DNA of 64,000 nt from Bacteroidota bacterium (GCA_018268195.1 JAFDWZ010000039.1:6859-70858); one strand, 5' to 3'; positions 1 through 10,245 are shown, counted from the first letter of the stretch. The notes: generated from the letters alone by a model not told the origin. Translations and numbers: made by a program.

Positions 1-590
1 CACTGGCCGAAAAAAGAATTACTGCCGAAGCCTGCATTCATCATCTATGGTTTACTGACGAAGATTATGCTGCCAAAGGAAATTTCATCAAGTGGAATCC
101 CGCTGTTAAAACCAGGCATGACAGAGATACTATTCTGAGTGCTTTACTTAGCAATAAAATTGATGTGGTTGCCACAGATCATGCACCACATACGCTTGAA
201 GAAAAACAAAGAACGTACTTGGATGCACCATCAGGCGGACCGTTGGTTCAGCATGCACTTCCTGCTATGCTCGAATTACACCGTGAAGGAAAAATTTCAT
301 TGGAACAAATAGTGGAAAAAATGTGTCACGCTCCTGCTGTTTGTTTCAGAATAAAAAACCGTGGATATATTCGCGAAGGTTATGCTGCCGATGTAGTATT
401 GTTTAATCTGAATTCGACATGGCAGGTTGACAAAAACAACCTGTTGTACAAATGCGGCTGGTCGCCATTTGAAGGCACTGCTTTTCACTCTAAAATAATG
501 CATACATTTATCAATGGAGTGCATGTATACAATCAGGGGCAAATGCAGCATCAAGGCAGTGGTCAGCGACTTCAATTTCACTTAAAATAA
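1..590 (+). CDS. pyrC: dihydroorotase, C-terminal part (5' end lies outside the window)
   Basis: The frame is open from base 3 and reads LAEKRITAEACIHHLWFTDEDY...IDVVATDHAPHTLEEK. The ATDHAPH metal-ligand motif is typical of cyclic amidohydrolases/dihydroorotase. The GTG at 165 in the ORF track is internal. Confidence 0.8.
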   Translation, partial: LAEKRITAEACIHHLWFTDEDYAAKGNFIKWNPAVKTRHDRDTILSALLSNKIDVVATDHAPHTLEEKQRTYLDAPSGGPLVQHALPAMLELHREGKISLEQIVEKMCHAPAVCFRIKNRGYIREGYAADVVLFNLNSTWQVDKNNLLYKCGWSPFEGTAFHSKIMHTFINGVHVYNQGQMQHQGSGQRLQFHLK

Positions 591-597
591 ATCTGTT

Positions 598-960
598 GTG
601 CTTCAACGAAAACTAATAGTAATTATAAGCTGCTTGCTCTTCTGTGCATGTTCATCAAAAGAAAAACATGATCTTGATATTCCCGATGATATTGTTTCTG
701 TTGATACAATGGCTGTAATCATGGCCGACATTCAACTTGCAGAAGCAGAAGCATCTGTTTTTCCGTATAGCGATACGGCTGGCGTAGTTAATCTTCCTGC
801 TTATTACCGATATGTTTTAAATAAACATAAAATTGATACAGCCACTTTCGGTAAAAATTTCCGCTATTACCAAGAACATCCCGATGCAATGGATGAAGTT
901 TATACCAGAGTTATGGAAGAACTCAGTAAACGTCAGGCTGATTTCAACAAAAAAGATTAG
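598..960 (+). CDS. small lipoprotein, DUF4296-like
   Basis: 120 aa with a GTG start and a signal peptide ending in Cys (LLFCAC-SS). The VDTMAVIMADIQLAEAE segment resembles the Bacteroidota DUF4296 family that often follows pyrC. Confidence 0.5.
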   Translation: MLQRKLIVIISCLLFCACSSKEKHDLDIPDDIVSVDTMAVIMADIQLAEAEASVFPYSDTAGVVNLPAYYRYVLNKHKIDTATFGKNFRYYQEHPDAMDEVYTRVMEELSKRQADFNKKD

Positions 961-2147
961 TAATTAAATATTCCGTTATCTGTTTTAACGGTAAGTTTTT
1001 TACCATCAGCAGATGCTTCTACTCTTCCTACAATTCGCGATTCAATGTTAAAGGTGGCAGCAATGTTCTGAAGCTTTTCAGCACTATTTTCAGGGCAGTA
1101 AATTTCCATACGATGTCCCATGTTAAACACCTTATACATCTCCTGCCATGGCGTTTGCGAAGTTTGCTGAATCAGTTTAAACAGTGATGGCACAGGGAAA
1201 AGATTATCCTTAATGATATGTACGTTATCCACAAAGTGAAGCACCTTGGTTTGACCACCTCCGCTGCAATGCACCATTCCATGAATGTGGCTGCGATGTT
1301 GACGGAGAATTTCCTTTATCAAAGGAGCATAGGTTCGTGTAGGCGAAAGCACCGCTTTGGCCAGGGGTATGTTGAAATTTTTACCGCTATCGTTAATTTC
1401 TAAAGTAGCCTGTAGATTGAATGCTCCCGAATAGCACACACCTTCCGGCATGGAGGGGTCATACGTTTCAGGATATTTCTTTGCTACGGATTTATCAAAC
1501 AAATCATGTCTGGCGGAGGTAAGGCCATTGCTGCCCATGCCTGCATTATAAAACGATTCATAAGTAGCCTGACCATACGAAGCAAAGCCAACGATGACAT
1601 CTCCTGCTTGAATTCTTGAATTATCAATCACATCAGCACGTTTCATCCTGCAGGTAACGGTACTGTCCACAATAATAGTTCTCACCAAATCACCCACATC
1701 GGCCGTTTCGCCCCCGGTAGTGTAAATATGCACACCGTGCTTACGTAAATCTTCCACCAGTTCCTCTGTGCCGTTAATGATAGCTGCAATAACTTCTCCC
1801 GGAATCAGGTTTTTATTTCTTCCTATAGTAGAACTTAACAGAATATTATCCGTTGCTCCAACACATAATAAATCGTCAAGGTTCATGATAAGCGCATCCT
1901 GAGCAATGCCTTTCCACACACTGTTATCGCCTGTTTCCTTCCAGTAAGCGTAAGCAAGAGACGATTTTGTACCGGCACCATCAGCGTGCATCAAAATGCA
2001 GTAGTCATCATCGCCACACAAATAATCAGGCACTATTTTACAAAAAGCCTTCGGGAAAATTCCTTTGTCTAAAGATTTAATGGCAGCATGTACATCTTCT
2101 TTGTCTGCCGATACTCCGCGCTGATTGTATTTTTCGTTTTTACTCAT
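957..2147 (-). CDS. purM: AIR synthase-related protein / phosphoribosylformylglycinamidine cyclo-ligase-like
   Basis: 396 aa with PurM-type N and C domains (HADGAGTKS, TGGETADVGD, MVHCSGGGQTK), matching the long Bacteroidota PurM form. Confidence 0.75.
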   Translation of the reverse strand: MSKNEKYNQRGVSADKEDVHAAIKSLDKGIFPKAFCKIVPDYLCGDDDYCILMHADGAGTKSSLAYAYWKETGDNSVWKGIAQDALIMNLDDLLCVGATDNILLSSTIGRNKNLIPGEVIAAIINGTEELVEDLRKHGVHIYTTGGETADVGDLVRTIIVDSTVTCRMKRADVIDNSRIQAGDVIVGFASYGQATYESFYNAGMGSNGLTSARHDLFDKSVAKKYPETYDPSMPEGVCYSGAFNLQATLEINDSGKNFNIPLAKAVLSPTRTYAPLIKEILRQHRSHIHGMVHCSGGGQTKVLHFVDNVHIIKDNLFPVPSLFKLIQQTSQTPWQEMYKVFNMGHRMEIYCPENSAEKLQNIAATFNIESRIVGRVEASADGKKLTVKTDNGIFNY

Positions 2148-2171
2148 TGTGGTGAATACAACTTTACAAAA

Positions 2172-2203
2172 CTAAAAAAGCAACCCTTTGGAGATTGCTT
2201 TTT
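2172..2203 (-). terminator. intrinsic terminator after the OmpA-family gene
   Basis: AAGCAA/TTGCTT stem (2178-2183 with 2195-2200) followed on the minus strand by a T-run (plus-strand A-run 2174-2179). Confidence 0.5.
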
Positions 2204-2224
2204 CAGTTGAATTATAAAAAATTA

Positions 2225-4219
2225 TTATTTCTTTTTCTTAGGCACATAATCAGTGCTCAATACAGTAAAAGCTGTTCTTCTGTTATACTGATTAGCTTTA
2301 TCCTTTAACTCCTCAGTAGCCAATCCTTTAATAAATTGCTCTGTAAGTACATCACCTCTTTTGAATGGAGGGTATTCTTCATTATTAGGAACTTCTAAAG
2401 GATCTTTCTTTCCACGACCTTCCCAGCTTAATCTTGCTTTGTCAACGCCTTTGCTTAACAAATATTTATAAGCTGATTCAGCACGTTTATTTGAAAGAAC
2501 ATTGTTGTATTGATCTGTTCCACGATAATCGGTATGAGCAGTAAGTTTAATAGTAATGGTTGGGTTATCATCCAAAACTTTTATCAAACCATCCATAGAA
2601 GATTTTGATTCAGGACGAAGTGAGAATTTATCAAAATCGTAATAAATTTCAGGTAAAGCAATAGGCTTAGCTGTTGATTTTAAAGGGAAATCAAAGTTCT
2701 TTTCAAAGTCTTTAGACTCGTCAAGGCCTTTTGTTGAAACCTCCTTAAATTGAGTCAGATACCCTGTGAAAGAAGCAGAAATTTTATAGTCAACATCAGG
2801 TTTAAGCTCATAACGGTAAGTTCCGGCATCCTGAGTTTTAACAGAAAGCCGTGTTCCATCACTTCCGAACAATTCAACTGTAGCACCTGAAATAGGATCT
2901 TTGGTATCGGTGTCATACACACGACCGTAAACCGCAAAATTAGCAGGAGGCACAACGAAAGAATAAATATCATCTTCTCCTTGTCCGCCAGCGCGGTTTG
3001 AGGTCAGATAACCTGTTGTAGCAGTATTAAACATCAATCCGAAATCATCATAAGATGAATTAATAGGATATTTCAGATTGGTTACTGTTCCCCAAGTTCC
3101 ATTTTCCATTGTAGCTGTAAAGATGTCCAATCCACCCATTCCAGGATGGCCATTAGAAGCAAAATAAAGTTTTCCATTGGCAGCAATGTATGGGAACATC
3201 TCATCACCGGTAGTATTTATTGTACTAAGGTTAACCGGAGTAGTCCAACTTCCGTTTTCATTTTTTGACATCCAAATATCTTTTCCGCCAAGGCCTCCGG
3301 GCATATCAGAAGCAAAATACAAGGTAGTTCCGTCATCCGACAAAGATGGCTGACCACATGTATAATTATCGCTGTTAAAAGGCAGCAATTCAGGTTCACC
3401 CCATTTAGTTCCGTCAAAAGTTGATTTGTAAATTTTACATTGACCTTCCTGACCTTTTACATCGCTTTTTTTACAACGTGTAAAATACATCACATTTCCT
3501 TTGGCATCAAAAGTCATTGCTCCTTCTGAAGCTTCGGTATTAATAACATCACTCATTGATGTAGGGATGCTCCATTTACCATTATTATCAATTGTGGATT
3601 TGAAAATGTCATAAAACTTTTCTCCATACCACGCATCGTTCTTATTTCCGGTGGCTTCAGCACGTGAAGATGTAAAATACAGTGTGTTTTTATCCAAATT
3701 GGATACTCCTACAGCAAAGTCGAAATATTTGGTATTTAATGCTGCTACGTTATCTACTTTATATTTGGTTGGTTTATCTTTCCATTGTTGAGCTGTTTCA
3801 GAGGAGGTAACCCCATTGTTTCCACGCTCATCGCCAGGCTCCAATGCTTTGAATGCATTAAATTGGGCCACAGCTTCGTCATAACGACCATTATTTTTAA
3901 GGGCCTGGGCATATTTTAATACAGCATCTGCATTTTTACCATTACTTTTAACTGATTTCTCATACCAGTTTAAAGCTTCAGCTGCGTTGCTCATTTTGGT
4001 GTAACATTCAGCAGCTTTATATGCAGCTTCGGCTTTTACCGTTTTGTCCTTGATTTTGGCGTATGCTTTCTTGTATAAATCAGCTGCAGGAGCATATTTC
4101 CCTGAGTTAAAAGCTTTGTCGGCTTTCGCTGTTTTGCTTTTCTTGGCTTTTGCTGCATCCATGGTTGCTGTCGAAAAGATGCAGGCAAGGCTTAATAGTA
4201 TTAAAGATAACTTCTTCAT
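2225..4219 (-). CDS. OmpA-family outer-membrane protein with TPR, TolB-like beta-propeller and CarboxypepD_reg-like regions
   Basis: 664 aa with a signal peptide, N-terminal TPR-like repeats and repeated WD40-like TolB motifs (LYFTSSR, MYFTR, LYFASD, LYFASN). The C-terminal OmpA domain reads TAHTDYRGTDQYNNVLSNKRAESAYKYLLSKGV...NRRTAF. Confidence 0.85.
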   Translation of the reverse strand: MKKLSLILLSLACIFSTATMDAAKAKKSKTAKADKAFNSGKYAPAADLYKKAYAKIKDKTVKAEAAYKAAECYTKMSNAAEALNWYEKSVKSNGKNADAVLKYAQALKNNGRYDEAVAQFNAFKALEPGDERGNNGVTSSETAQQWKDKPTKYKVDNVAALNTKYFDFAVGVSNLDKNTLYFTSSRAEATGNKNDAWYGEKFYDIFKSTIDNNGKWSIPTSMSDVINTEASEGAMTFDAKGNVMYFTRCKKSDVKGQEGQCKIYKSTFDGTKWGEPELLPFNSDNYTCGQPSLSDDGTTLYFASDMPGGLGGKDIWMSKNENGSWTTPVNLSTINTTGDEMFPYIAANGKLYFASNGHPGMGGLDIFTATMENGTWGTVTNLKYPINSSYDDFGLMFNTATTGYLTSNRAGGQGEDDIYSFVVPPANFAVYGRVYDTDTKDPISGATVELFGSDGTRLSVKTQDAGTYRYELKPDVDYKISASFTGYLTQFKEVSTKGLDESKDFEKNFDFPLKSTAKPIALPEIYYDFDKFSLRPESKSSMDGLIKVLDDNPTITIKLTAHTDYRGTDQYNNVLSNKRAESAYKYLLSKGVDKARLSWEGRGKKDPLEVPNNEEYPPFKRGDVLTEQFIKGLATEELKDKANQYNRRTAFTVLSTDYVPKKKK

Positions 4220-4374
4220 AATAATTTTTATCGTGATAATAAACAGTAAGGCTTATAAGGGCAAAGAAAAAAAGAATTTCGTTCATATCAAAAACATTCT
4301 TTAAAAAGATGCTTTTTCCTTTTCCGAAGTCGTAATATATCTGATAAACATCAGCTACTTGTCTGAGAATGTGC

Positions 4375-5130
4375 TTATCTTGAAAGTATTATTTTATTGG
4401 TTGAGATGATTTTGTCATTTACAATAAAACGATAAAAATAACAGCCGTTGGCAAGCAGGTTGCCATTATTATCGGTACCATTCCATGTGTACTCATTGTA
4501 GCCTGTCAAGTCCTTATTTGTAACCAATGAATAAACTTTAGTTCCTAGAATATTATAAAAATCAACGGAAACCTTTGATCTTCCGCTGACATTTATTCCA
4601 AAAGTAGTAGTAGCATTCACCGGATTGGCACTTGTGCTTATGCTATTTATAATACTATTAATATCTGCAAGGCCTACATTACAGGTGGTTACTACCGTGC
4701 CATGAGCAATATTTGTTGATGATGATTGTGGATTCGTCATCGGGTTATTAATGGTAATTGCACCGTTACTGCACGTGCCGGTAAAAAGGGAACTGGCGGC
4801 ATCTCGGAAATTGATTGTGAAGCTATAAATAGTAGCATTAGCAGGCATGAGAGTGCCGTTAAAATCTTTGAAAATCTGATAAGGATTAAAGCATATTTCC
4901 CAAACTCCGGTTTGTGTCTGGTATAATGGATAGAGGTTCAACTGGTTGACATCTGCAAAATAATTAGGTGCTGCGCCCGGGCTGGTAGTGCTGGCACCTG
5001 CGTATAAATATACTCCTGTGGTTGCGTTTAAAGGGCTTGGGCAAACTGAGGCATTATAAGTTAACCTGAAAATCTGTGCCTGTGAAACAGTACTAATAAA
5101 AATTGCTGCAAAGAGTAGTAGTTTATTCAT
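4375..5130 (-). CDS. secreted protein with T9SS type A C-terminal sorting domain
   Basis: Start moved to the ATG at 5130 (MNKLLLFAAIFISTVSQAQ signal peptide). The C-terminal ~70 aa (VSVDFYNILGTKVY...GCYFYRFIVNDKIISTNKIILSR) match the Por secretion tail pattern. The N-terminal domain is unknown. Confidence 0.7.
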   Translation of the reverse strand: MNKLLLFAAIFISTVSQAQIFRLTYNASVCPSPLNATTGVYLYAGASTTSPGAAPNYFADVNQLNLYPLYQTQTGVWEICFNPYQIFKDFNGTLMPANATIYSFTINFRDAASSLFTGTCSNGAITINNPMTNPQSSSTNIAHGTVVTTCNVGLADINSIINSISTSANPVNATTTFGINVSGRSKVSVDFYNILGTKVYSLVTNKDLTGYNEYTWNGTDNNGNLLANGCYFYRFIVNDKIISTNKIILSR

Positions 5131-5202
5131 ATACAAAATTTTAGTGCAAAGATAAATGTCTAACCGTTTCAATAAACAGAAATGCAACAAAAACTTAATA
5201 AA

Positions 5203-5230
5203 TGCAAAAGGCCGGGATTTCTCCCAGCCC
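5203..5230 (-). terminator. intrinsic terminator after the 64-aa gene
   Basis: On the minus strand, GGCTGGGA-GAAA-TCCCGGCC hairpin (5210-5230) followed by TTTTGCATTT. Confidence 0.55.
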
Positions 5231-5261
5231 TTAACCTAAAAACAGAAAATAAACCGCATCT

Positions 5262-5456
5262 TTACTTTGAACCCAAAGTTTCCGGAAGTTTCTCCAGAAT
5301 TCTATCTTTATCCAGTGTCATCAGATTACTGTATGAAGCACTGTTATATTTAACCTGAACGCATTTTTCAAGAACGTCTGTGACCTCACCTATCTGCTGT
5401 CCGCCAGCATTAGGTAAATCAAACATCACTTTATCTCCCTTTTTCAAATTGGTCAT
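5262..5456 (-). CDS. small hypothetical protein (64 aa)
   Basis: The track ORF of 124 aa has a low-complexity, noncoding-looking N-terminus. The ATG at 5456 gives MTNLKKGDKVMFDLPNAGGQQIGEVTDV..., with protein-like composition and its own downstream terminator. Confidence 0.45.
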   Translation of the reverse strand: MTNLKKGDKVMFDLPNAGGQQIGEVTDVLEKCVQVKYNSASYSNLMTLDKDRILEKLPETLGSK

Positions 5457-5665
5457 ATATTTTTTGAAATCGGATACGAAATAATACTTCCTCCGAATAA
5501 AAACACTATAAAAAGTAATAATTGAGCAAAATTGAACACTTTTATAGTTAATTTCCTTAATAGATTTCTCAAAGTGCTGAAAGATTTCTTCAAAATTGTA
5601 GCGTGCGTGGCAATAATAACTTAACACTCCCGACAAATTTATTTATTTTGGCAGCTTAATATAGT

Positions 5666-8635
5666 ATGACAAAGCATTTTTCTCTGTTAGTTACCGTTAT
5701 GCTGGCAACGCTAACGGCATTTTCGCAGCCACAGTCGTTCTTATCAGAAAAAAGCCTGAGTATTGAGAATGATTTTTCGGTAGAAGTGTACAATACGGAA
5801 AGCGGTCTGCCGCAAAATTCCATTATCACCATGCATCAGAGTTCTGATGGGTATTTATGGTTTTCCACATTCAGCGGAATGGTGCGATTTGACGGAATGA
5901 AATTCAAACTGTTTGGCCAAAACGAAACCAAAGGACTATTGTCAAACTCCGTTGTTTCTATTCAGGAAGACAAAAAAAAGCAGTTATGGTTTCTGGACGA
6001 TGTTGGTCATCTGGTAAAATATGACGGTGCAACATTTACAGGTTTTGAAAAATCATTTAACAACATTAATATAAACTCCTTTTGTTTTTCTGATGATGGT
6101 AGTTTATTTGTTTCAACAAGCAACAACGAAATTTACACGGTAAATGTCAATGTTCTTGATTTTATAACGCGAATTAATCAGACCTCCATAAGATCTATTT
6201 ATCCAGGAAAAAACAACAGCATATTAATAGCTACAACCAATGGGTTGTTTGAATTAAAAAACAACAAAGTCGTAAAAAACGAGATTGCACCCAATGTAGC
6301 AATCACGGGATTGAGTTATGACCAGGATAATTTTTTATGGGTATCCTCACCTAAAGGTTTGTTTAAAGTAAATGAAAACCGCGCAGAAGAAGTACAACTC
6401 TCGGACGACAACGACCATTTTCTTAAAGTATTTGTGGATCGCCAAAACCGAAAATGGGTTTACAAAGGCTCTGAAGGATTGTATATGTCGGAATCATCGG
6501 ACTTTACTCAAATGAGCGAAGAGTCCGGACTATCTTCCAATAACATTAATTATATTTATCAGGATAGAGAAGACAACATTTGGGTAGGCACGAATAATGC
6601 GGGTTTGAATAAACTGCAGTATAAAGCTTTTAAGACCATTTCGGTAGAAGATGGATTGATAGCCGATGGAGTTGCGCCAATTATCAAAACCTCTGCAGGA
6701 ATTATTTATGCCGGAAACAATTGTGGTGGTATCAATAAGATTATAGAAGGGAAAATTATCAAATTGTTGATACCGAAAGAAAATACATGTGTATGGTCAT
6801 TACTTGAAGACAAAAACAACAATTTGTGGGTGGGGACTTTTGGAGGCGGACTGTTCAAATTTCACAACGATAATGAAATACAACATTACAATAAGTTTAA
6901 CGGATTAGCCGATGATGTTGTATTGTCGCTTTTTCAGGACAGCCGCGGCAAAATATGGATTGGAACCGATAAAGGTATTTTCACCTACAGAAATGACTCA
7001 CTCATCGCATTTAAAAGAGATATCATTAAAACCAAGGTTTGTTACTTCACTGAGGATGTTTCAAAAAACATTTGGGCTGCGAGCAATAATGGCTTGATAA
7101 AAATTTCCGGTCATAACGCTACCATTTACACTACTTATGACGGACTTCCAACCAACACCATACGCTCCCTTTATTGGGATGACAATAATGCACTTTGGAT
7201 TGGAACCGTAGGAGGTGGATTCTGCAGATACAAAGATTCTAAATTCACTATATTAAAAAACATCCCTGAAATATCGGCTTCAGATGTATTTTGTATTGCC
7301 GAAGATGACCAGCAGGATTTTTGGTTCACTACCAATAAAGGAATTTACAGTATTAAAGAATATGATCTGAATAATTATGCTGATTCAAAAACGGCTACCG
7401 TATCATTCCGCTTTTACGACCGAAAAGATGGGTTAAAGACAAACGAATTTAATACCGGTTTTCAACCTAATTTCCTGAAGGAAGATGATACTCATTTTAT
7501 GTTTCCAACCATCAAAGGTATAGCCATGCTTAATACCCGCAGAATCGGGTATAGTGATTATGCACCCAAGGTTATTATAGAAAAAATCACTGCCGATAAT
7601 CACACTTTCGAAGCAAATAACAACCTGGTTTTACAACGGAGCTTTCATTCTTTGGAGATAAGTTACACAGCACCCAGTTTTGTCAATCCACAAAAAATAT
7701 ATTTCCAGTATAAACTCGAAGGGCATGATGCAGACTGGAGTGCTCCTACCACCGATCGTACTGTCAAATATTTCAACATAAAACCCGGAAATTATAATTT
7801 CAAATTAAAAATCTATGGAATTTACGGCTCTGACAGGAATTTACTTATTTCAGTGCCTCTACCTACATACCGCAGCAACTGGTTTCTGGCTCTCGTTTAT
7901 GTGGCGGCCTTAGGTCTTTTGGGGTTAATTACTTATTTAAGGATAAAATACATCCGTAAACAAGAGAAAAACAAAACCGAAATCAATAAAAAGCTGGCTG
8001 AGTTTGAATTGAAGGCACTGCAGGCGCAAATGAATCCGCATTTTCTTTTCAACTGTCTCAATACGATTAAATATTTTATTACCACCAACAACCCAGCAGC
8101 AGCCAATAAATATCTTACCAAATTTTCGAAATTGCTAAGAATGTTTCTTGACCACTCCACTACCAATACTGTAACTTTGGAAGAAGAGATTAATTTATTG
8201 CGTCTTTATATCGAGCTCGAGCAGATGCGATTTGATGAAGGGTTTAACTTTCATTTAAAGGTAGATGAGGCCATAGATTACAAAAACACCGAAATACCCT
8301 CTACCCTTTTTCAGCCTTTTGTAGAAAATGCAATCAATCACGGACTGTTAAATTTGAACAGGAAAGGCAATTTAACCCTTATCTTTGAGCAGGTAAATGA
8401 CACCATCAGAGGCATTGTAGATGATGACGGAGTAGGAAGAGGTAAATCTGAAAAACTTAAACAGAAAATGGCTGTTACCCATATTTCACGAGGCACGCAA
8501 CTGATTGATGACAGAATCAAGACTTTAAATTATATTCGTCCGCAATCTATTGAGATTGAAATTATAGATAAAATTGATGAACATAACAATCCGGCAGGTA
8601 CACGTGTTATAGTTACCATACCGGTTATAAAATAG
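5666..8635 (+). CDS. sensor histidine kinase, LytS/YehU type, with periplasmic two-component-regulator propeller repeats and Y_Y_Y domain
   Basis: 989 aa with a signal/TM at the N-terminus and many propeller repeats (LWFST, LWVGT, IWIGT...). One TM (FLALVYVAALGLLGLITYL) is followed by the His_kinase motif NPHFLFNCLNTI and an HATPase region (NAINHG...DDDGVGRG). Confidence 0.85.
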   Translation: MTKHFSLLVTVMLATLTAFSQPQSFLSEKSLSIENDFSVEVYNTESGLPQNSIITMHQSSDGYLWFSTFSGMVRFDGMKFKLFGQNETKGLLSNSVVSIQEDKKKQLWFLDDVGHLVKYDGATFTGFEKSFNNININSFCFSDDGSLFVSTSNNEIYTVNVNVLDFITRINQTSIRSIYPGKNNSILIATTNGLFELKNNKVVKNEIAPNVAITGLSYDQDNFLWVSSPKGLFKVNENRAEEVQLSDDNDHFLKVFVDRQNRKWVYKGSEGLYMSESSDFTQMSEESGLSSNNINYIYQDREDNIWVGTNNAGLNKLQYKAFKTISVEDGLIADGVAPIIKTSAGIIYAGNNCGGINKIIEGKIIKLLIPKENTCVWSLLEDKNNNLWVGTFGGGLFKFHNDNEIQHYNKFNGLADDVVLSLFQDSRGKIWIGTDKGIFTYRNDSLIAFKRDIIKTKVCYFTEDVSKNIWAASNNGLIKISGHNATIYTTYDGLPTNTIRSLYWDDNNALWIGTVGGGFCRYKDSKFTILKNIPEISASDVFCIAEDDQQDFWFTTNKGIYSIKEYDLNNYADSKTATVSFRFYDRKDGLKTNEFNTGFQPNFLKEDDTHFMFPTIKGIAMLNTRRIGYSDYAPKVIIEKITADNHTFEANNNLVLQRSFHSLEISYTAPSFVNPQKIYFQYKLEGHDADWSAPTTDRTVKYFNIKPGNYNFKLKIYGIYGSDRNLLISVPLPTYRSNWFLALVYVAALGLLGLITYLRIKYIRKQEKNKTEINKKLAEFELKALQAQMNPHFLFNCLNTIKYFITTNNPAAANKYLTKFSKLLRMFLDHSTTNTVTLEEEINLLRLYIELEQMRFDEGFNFHLKVDEAIDYKNTEIPSTLFQPFVENAINHGLLNLNRKGNLTLIFEQVNDTIRGIVDDDGVGRGKSEKLKQKMAVTHISRGTQLIDDRIKTLNYIRPQSIEIEIIDKIDEHNNPAGTRVIVTIPVIK

Positions 8636-8641
8636 CATAAC

Positions 8642-9388
8642 ATGTTACAGACACTAATAGTTGATGACGAGAAAAGAGGGCGCGAATTATTAAAAATGAT
8701 TCTAACGACCAATTGTCCGGAAGTAAAAATAATAGGTGAAGCAGCTAATATTAAAGAAGCGCAACAATTAATTGTTCAGCACGAACCTGATTTGGTTTTG
8801 CTCGACATTGAAATGCCCGGAGGTTCAGGGTTTGATTTGCTTACAAAGTTTGATGAGATAAATTTTGAAATTATTTTTATCACCGCCTTTGACAAGTATG
8901 CCATCAAAGCCATCAAGTTTTCGGCAATGGATTATATTCTGAAACCCGTAGATGAGGAAGAATTGGTGAAAGCAATTAAAAGAGCCGAAGAAAACTACAA
9001 TCGCAAAAGTAACAAAGAGCGTGCGGGGAATTTGGTAAGCAATGCACAAAAACCGGTGCCTCATCAGAAAATAGGCTTAACCTCAGGTGAGGGACTAGAG
9101 TTTATCGAAATAAAAAACATTTTACGTTGCGAAGCTGACGGCAAATACACTTCAGTATTCTTAACCGATGGCAAAAAACTACTCGTGAGTAAAAACCTGA
9201 AAGAGTTTGAAGACTTGCTTACTGAAAATAATTTCTTCAGAATACACCATTCTCACTTGGTAAACCTCGACTACATTAAGAAATACCAAAGTGGCCGAGG
9301 AGGTTATGTGGTTATGAGTGACGGAAGTACCATCACTGTATCGCAACGCAAAAAAGATGATTTTCTCAGCAGTCTGAAAAAAATCTGA
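8642..9388 (+). CDS. LytTR-family response regulator
   Basis: 248 aa with a receiver domain (LIVDDE, LLDIEMPGGSGFDL, ITAFDKYAIKA) and a C-terminal LytTR DNA-binding domain (ILRCEADGKYT...FFRIHHSHLVNLDYI). It lies 6 nt after the kinase. Confidence 0.9.
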   Translation: MLQTLIVDDEKRGRELLKMILTTNCPEVKIIGEAANIKEAQQLIVQHEPDLVLLDIEMPGGSGFDLLTKFDEINFEIIFITAFDKYAIKAIKFSAMDYILKPVDEEELVKAIKRAEENYNRKSNKERAGNLVSNAQKPVPHQKIGLTSGEGLEFIEIKNILRCEADGKYTSVFLTDGKKLLVSKNLKEFEDLLTENNFFRIHHSHLVNLDYIKKYQSGRGGYVVMSDGSTITVSQRKKDDFLSSLKKI

Positions 9389-9460
9389 TTTATGAACAAT
9401 CCGCACGTCAGGTTTGCTGTTGAGTCTGTATAACCGTATTTTCGCGGCACGTTTTAAAAA

Positions 9461-9922
9461 ATGATGATTAAGAATATTTCCATTGTTTTATTTGTAATCA
9501 TTTCAATCTATTCCTGTAAGCCTGATGGCGGAAACAAGAAAATAGATTCTGATTTGATAAACAATCCCGTTACGGCATCCTCACCTAAGGACACTTCTCA
9601 ATTGCCGGTTTTTGAATTTGAAACCGAAAATCATGAGTTTGGCTCCATTAAAGAAGGCGATGTGGTCAGCTTTGATTTTAAATTCCGCAATGCAGGAAAA
9701 GCACCGCTTATCATCACGCAGGCCAGCGCCAGCTGCGGCTGCACCGTTCCCGAATATTCTAAAGACCCTATTGCTCCCGGAGAAAAAGGATTTATTAAAG
9801 TAACATTTAACAGTGAAGGCAAACATGGTATGACTTCAAAAACCGTAACACTGCTTGCCAATACAACACCCAACACCAAGGTATTAACAATAAGTGCAGA
9901 TATAACTAAAAAAGACAACTAA
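9461..9922 (+). CDS. DUF1573 domain lipoprotein
   Basis: 153 aa with a signal peptide ending in Cys (IYSC) and the characteristic ASCGCT motif of DUF1573. Confidence 0.7.
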   Translation: MMIKNISIVLFVIISIYSCKPDGGNKKIDSDLINNPVTASSPKDTSQLPVFEFETENHEFGSIKEGDVVSFDFKFRNAGKAPLIITQASASCGCTVPEYSKDPIAPGEKGFIKVTFNSEGKHGMTSKTVTLLANTTPNTKVLTISADITKKDN

Positions 9923-10245
9923 TGACAGCTACCATTTTATTACAAGCATCCGGAGGCGGCATGGCTATGCAACAACTGCTGATGCTGGGACTCATTGTTT
10001 TAATCATGTATTTTTTCATGCTGCGTCCGCAGATGAAAAAAATGAAAGTTGAAAAACAATTTAAAGAAAGCATTAACAAAGGCGACAAAATAGTAACCAT
10101 AGGTGGCATGCACGGCAGAATTGTAGAAATTGCCGATACCACTTTCCTCATTGAAATTGACAATAATGTGCGGGTAAGAATTGAAAAAAGTGCAGTATCT
10201 GCCGAAGCATCCAAACAATTTCAGAAACCTGCCGATAAAAAATAA
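9922..10245 (+). CDS. yajC: preprotein translocase subunit YajC
   Basis: 107 aa with a single TM and the YajC signature (FFMLRPQMKKMKVEKQF...GDKIVTIGGMHGRIVEI). TAATG junction with the upstream gene. Confidence 0.85.
   Translation: MTATILLQASGGGMAMQQLLMLGLIVLIMYFFMLRPQMKKMKVEKQFKESINKGDKIVTIGGMHGRIVEIADTTFLIEIDNNVRVRIEKSAVSAEASKQFQKPADKK

Noticed and set aside
5457-5636. N-terminal extensions in the ORF track. They occur here and at 5131-5190, 13971-13997, 28999-29049, 44019-44075, 49955-50020, 55720-55770 and 58687-58755
   Set aside because: The extended parts are low-complexity or overlap terminator hairpins or -7 boxes. Downstream ATGs give canonical signal peptides or family-typical N-termini.
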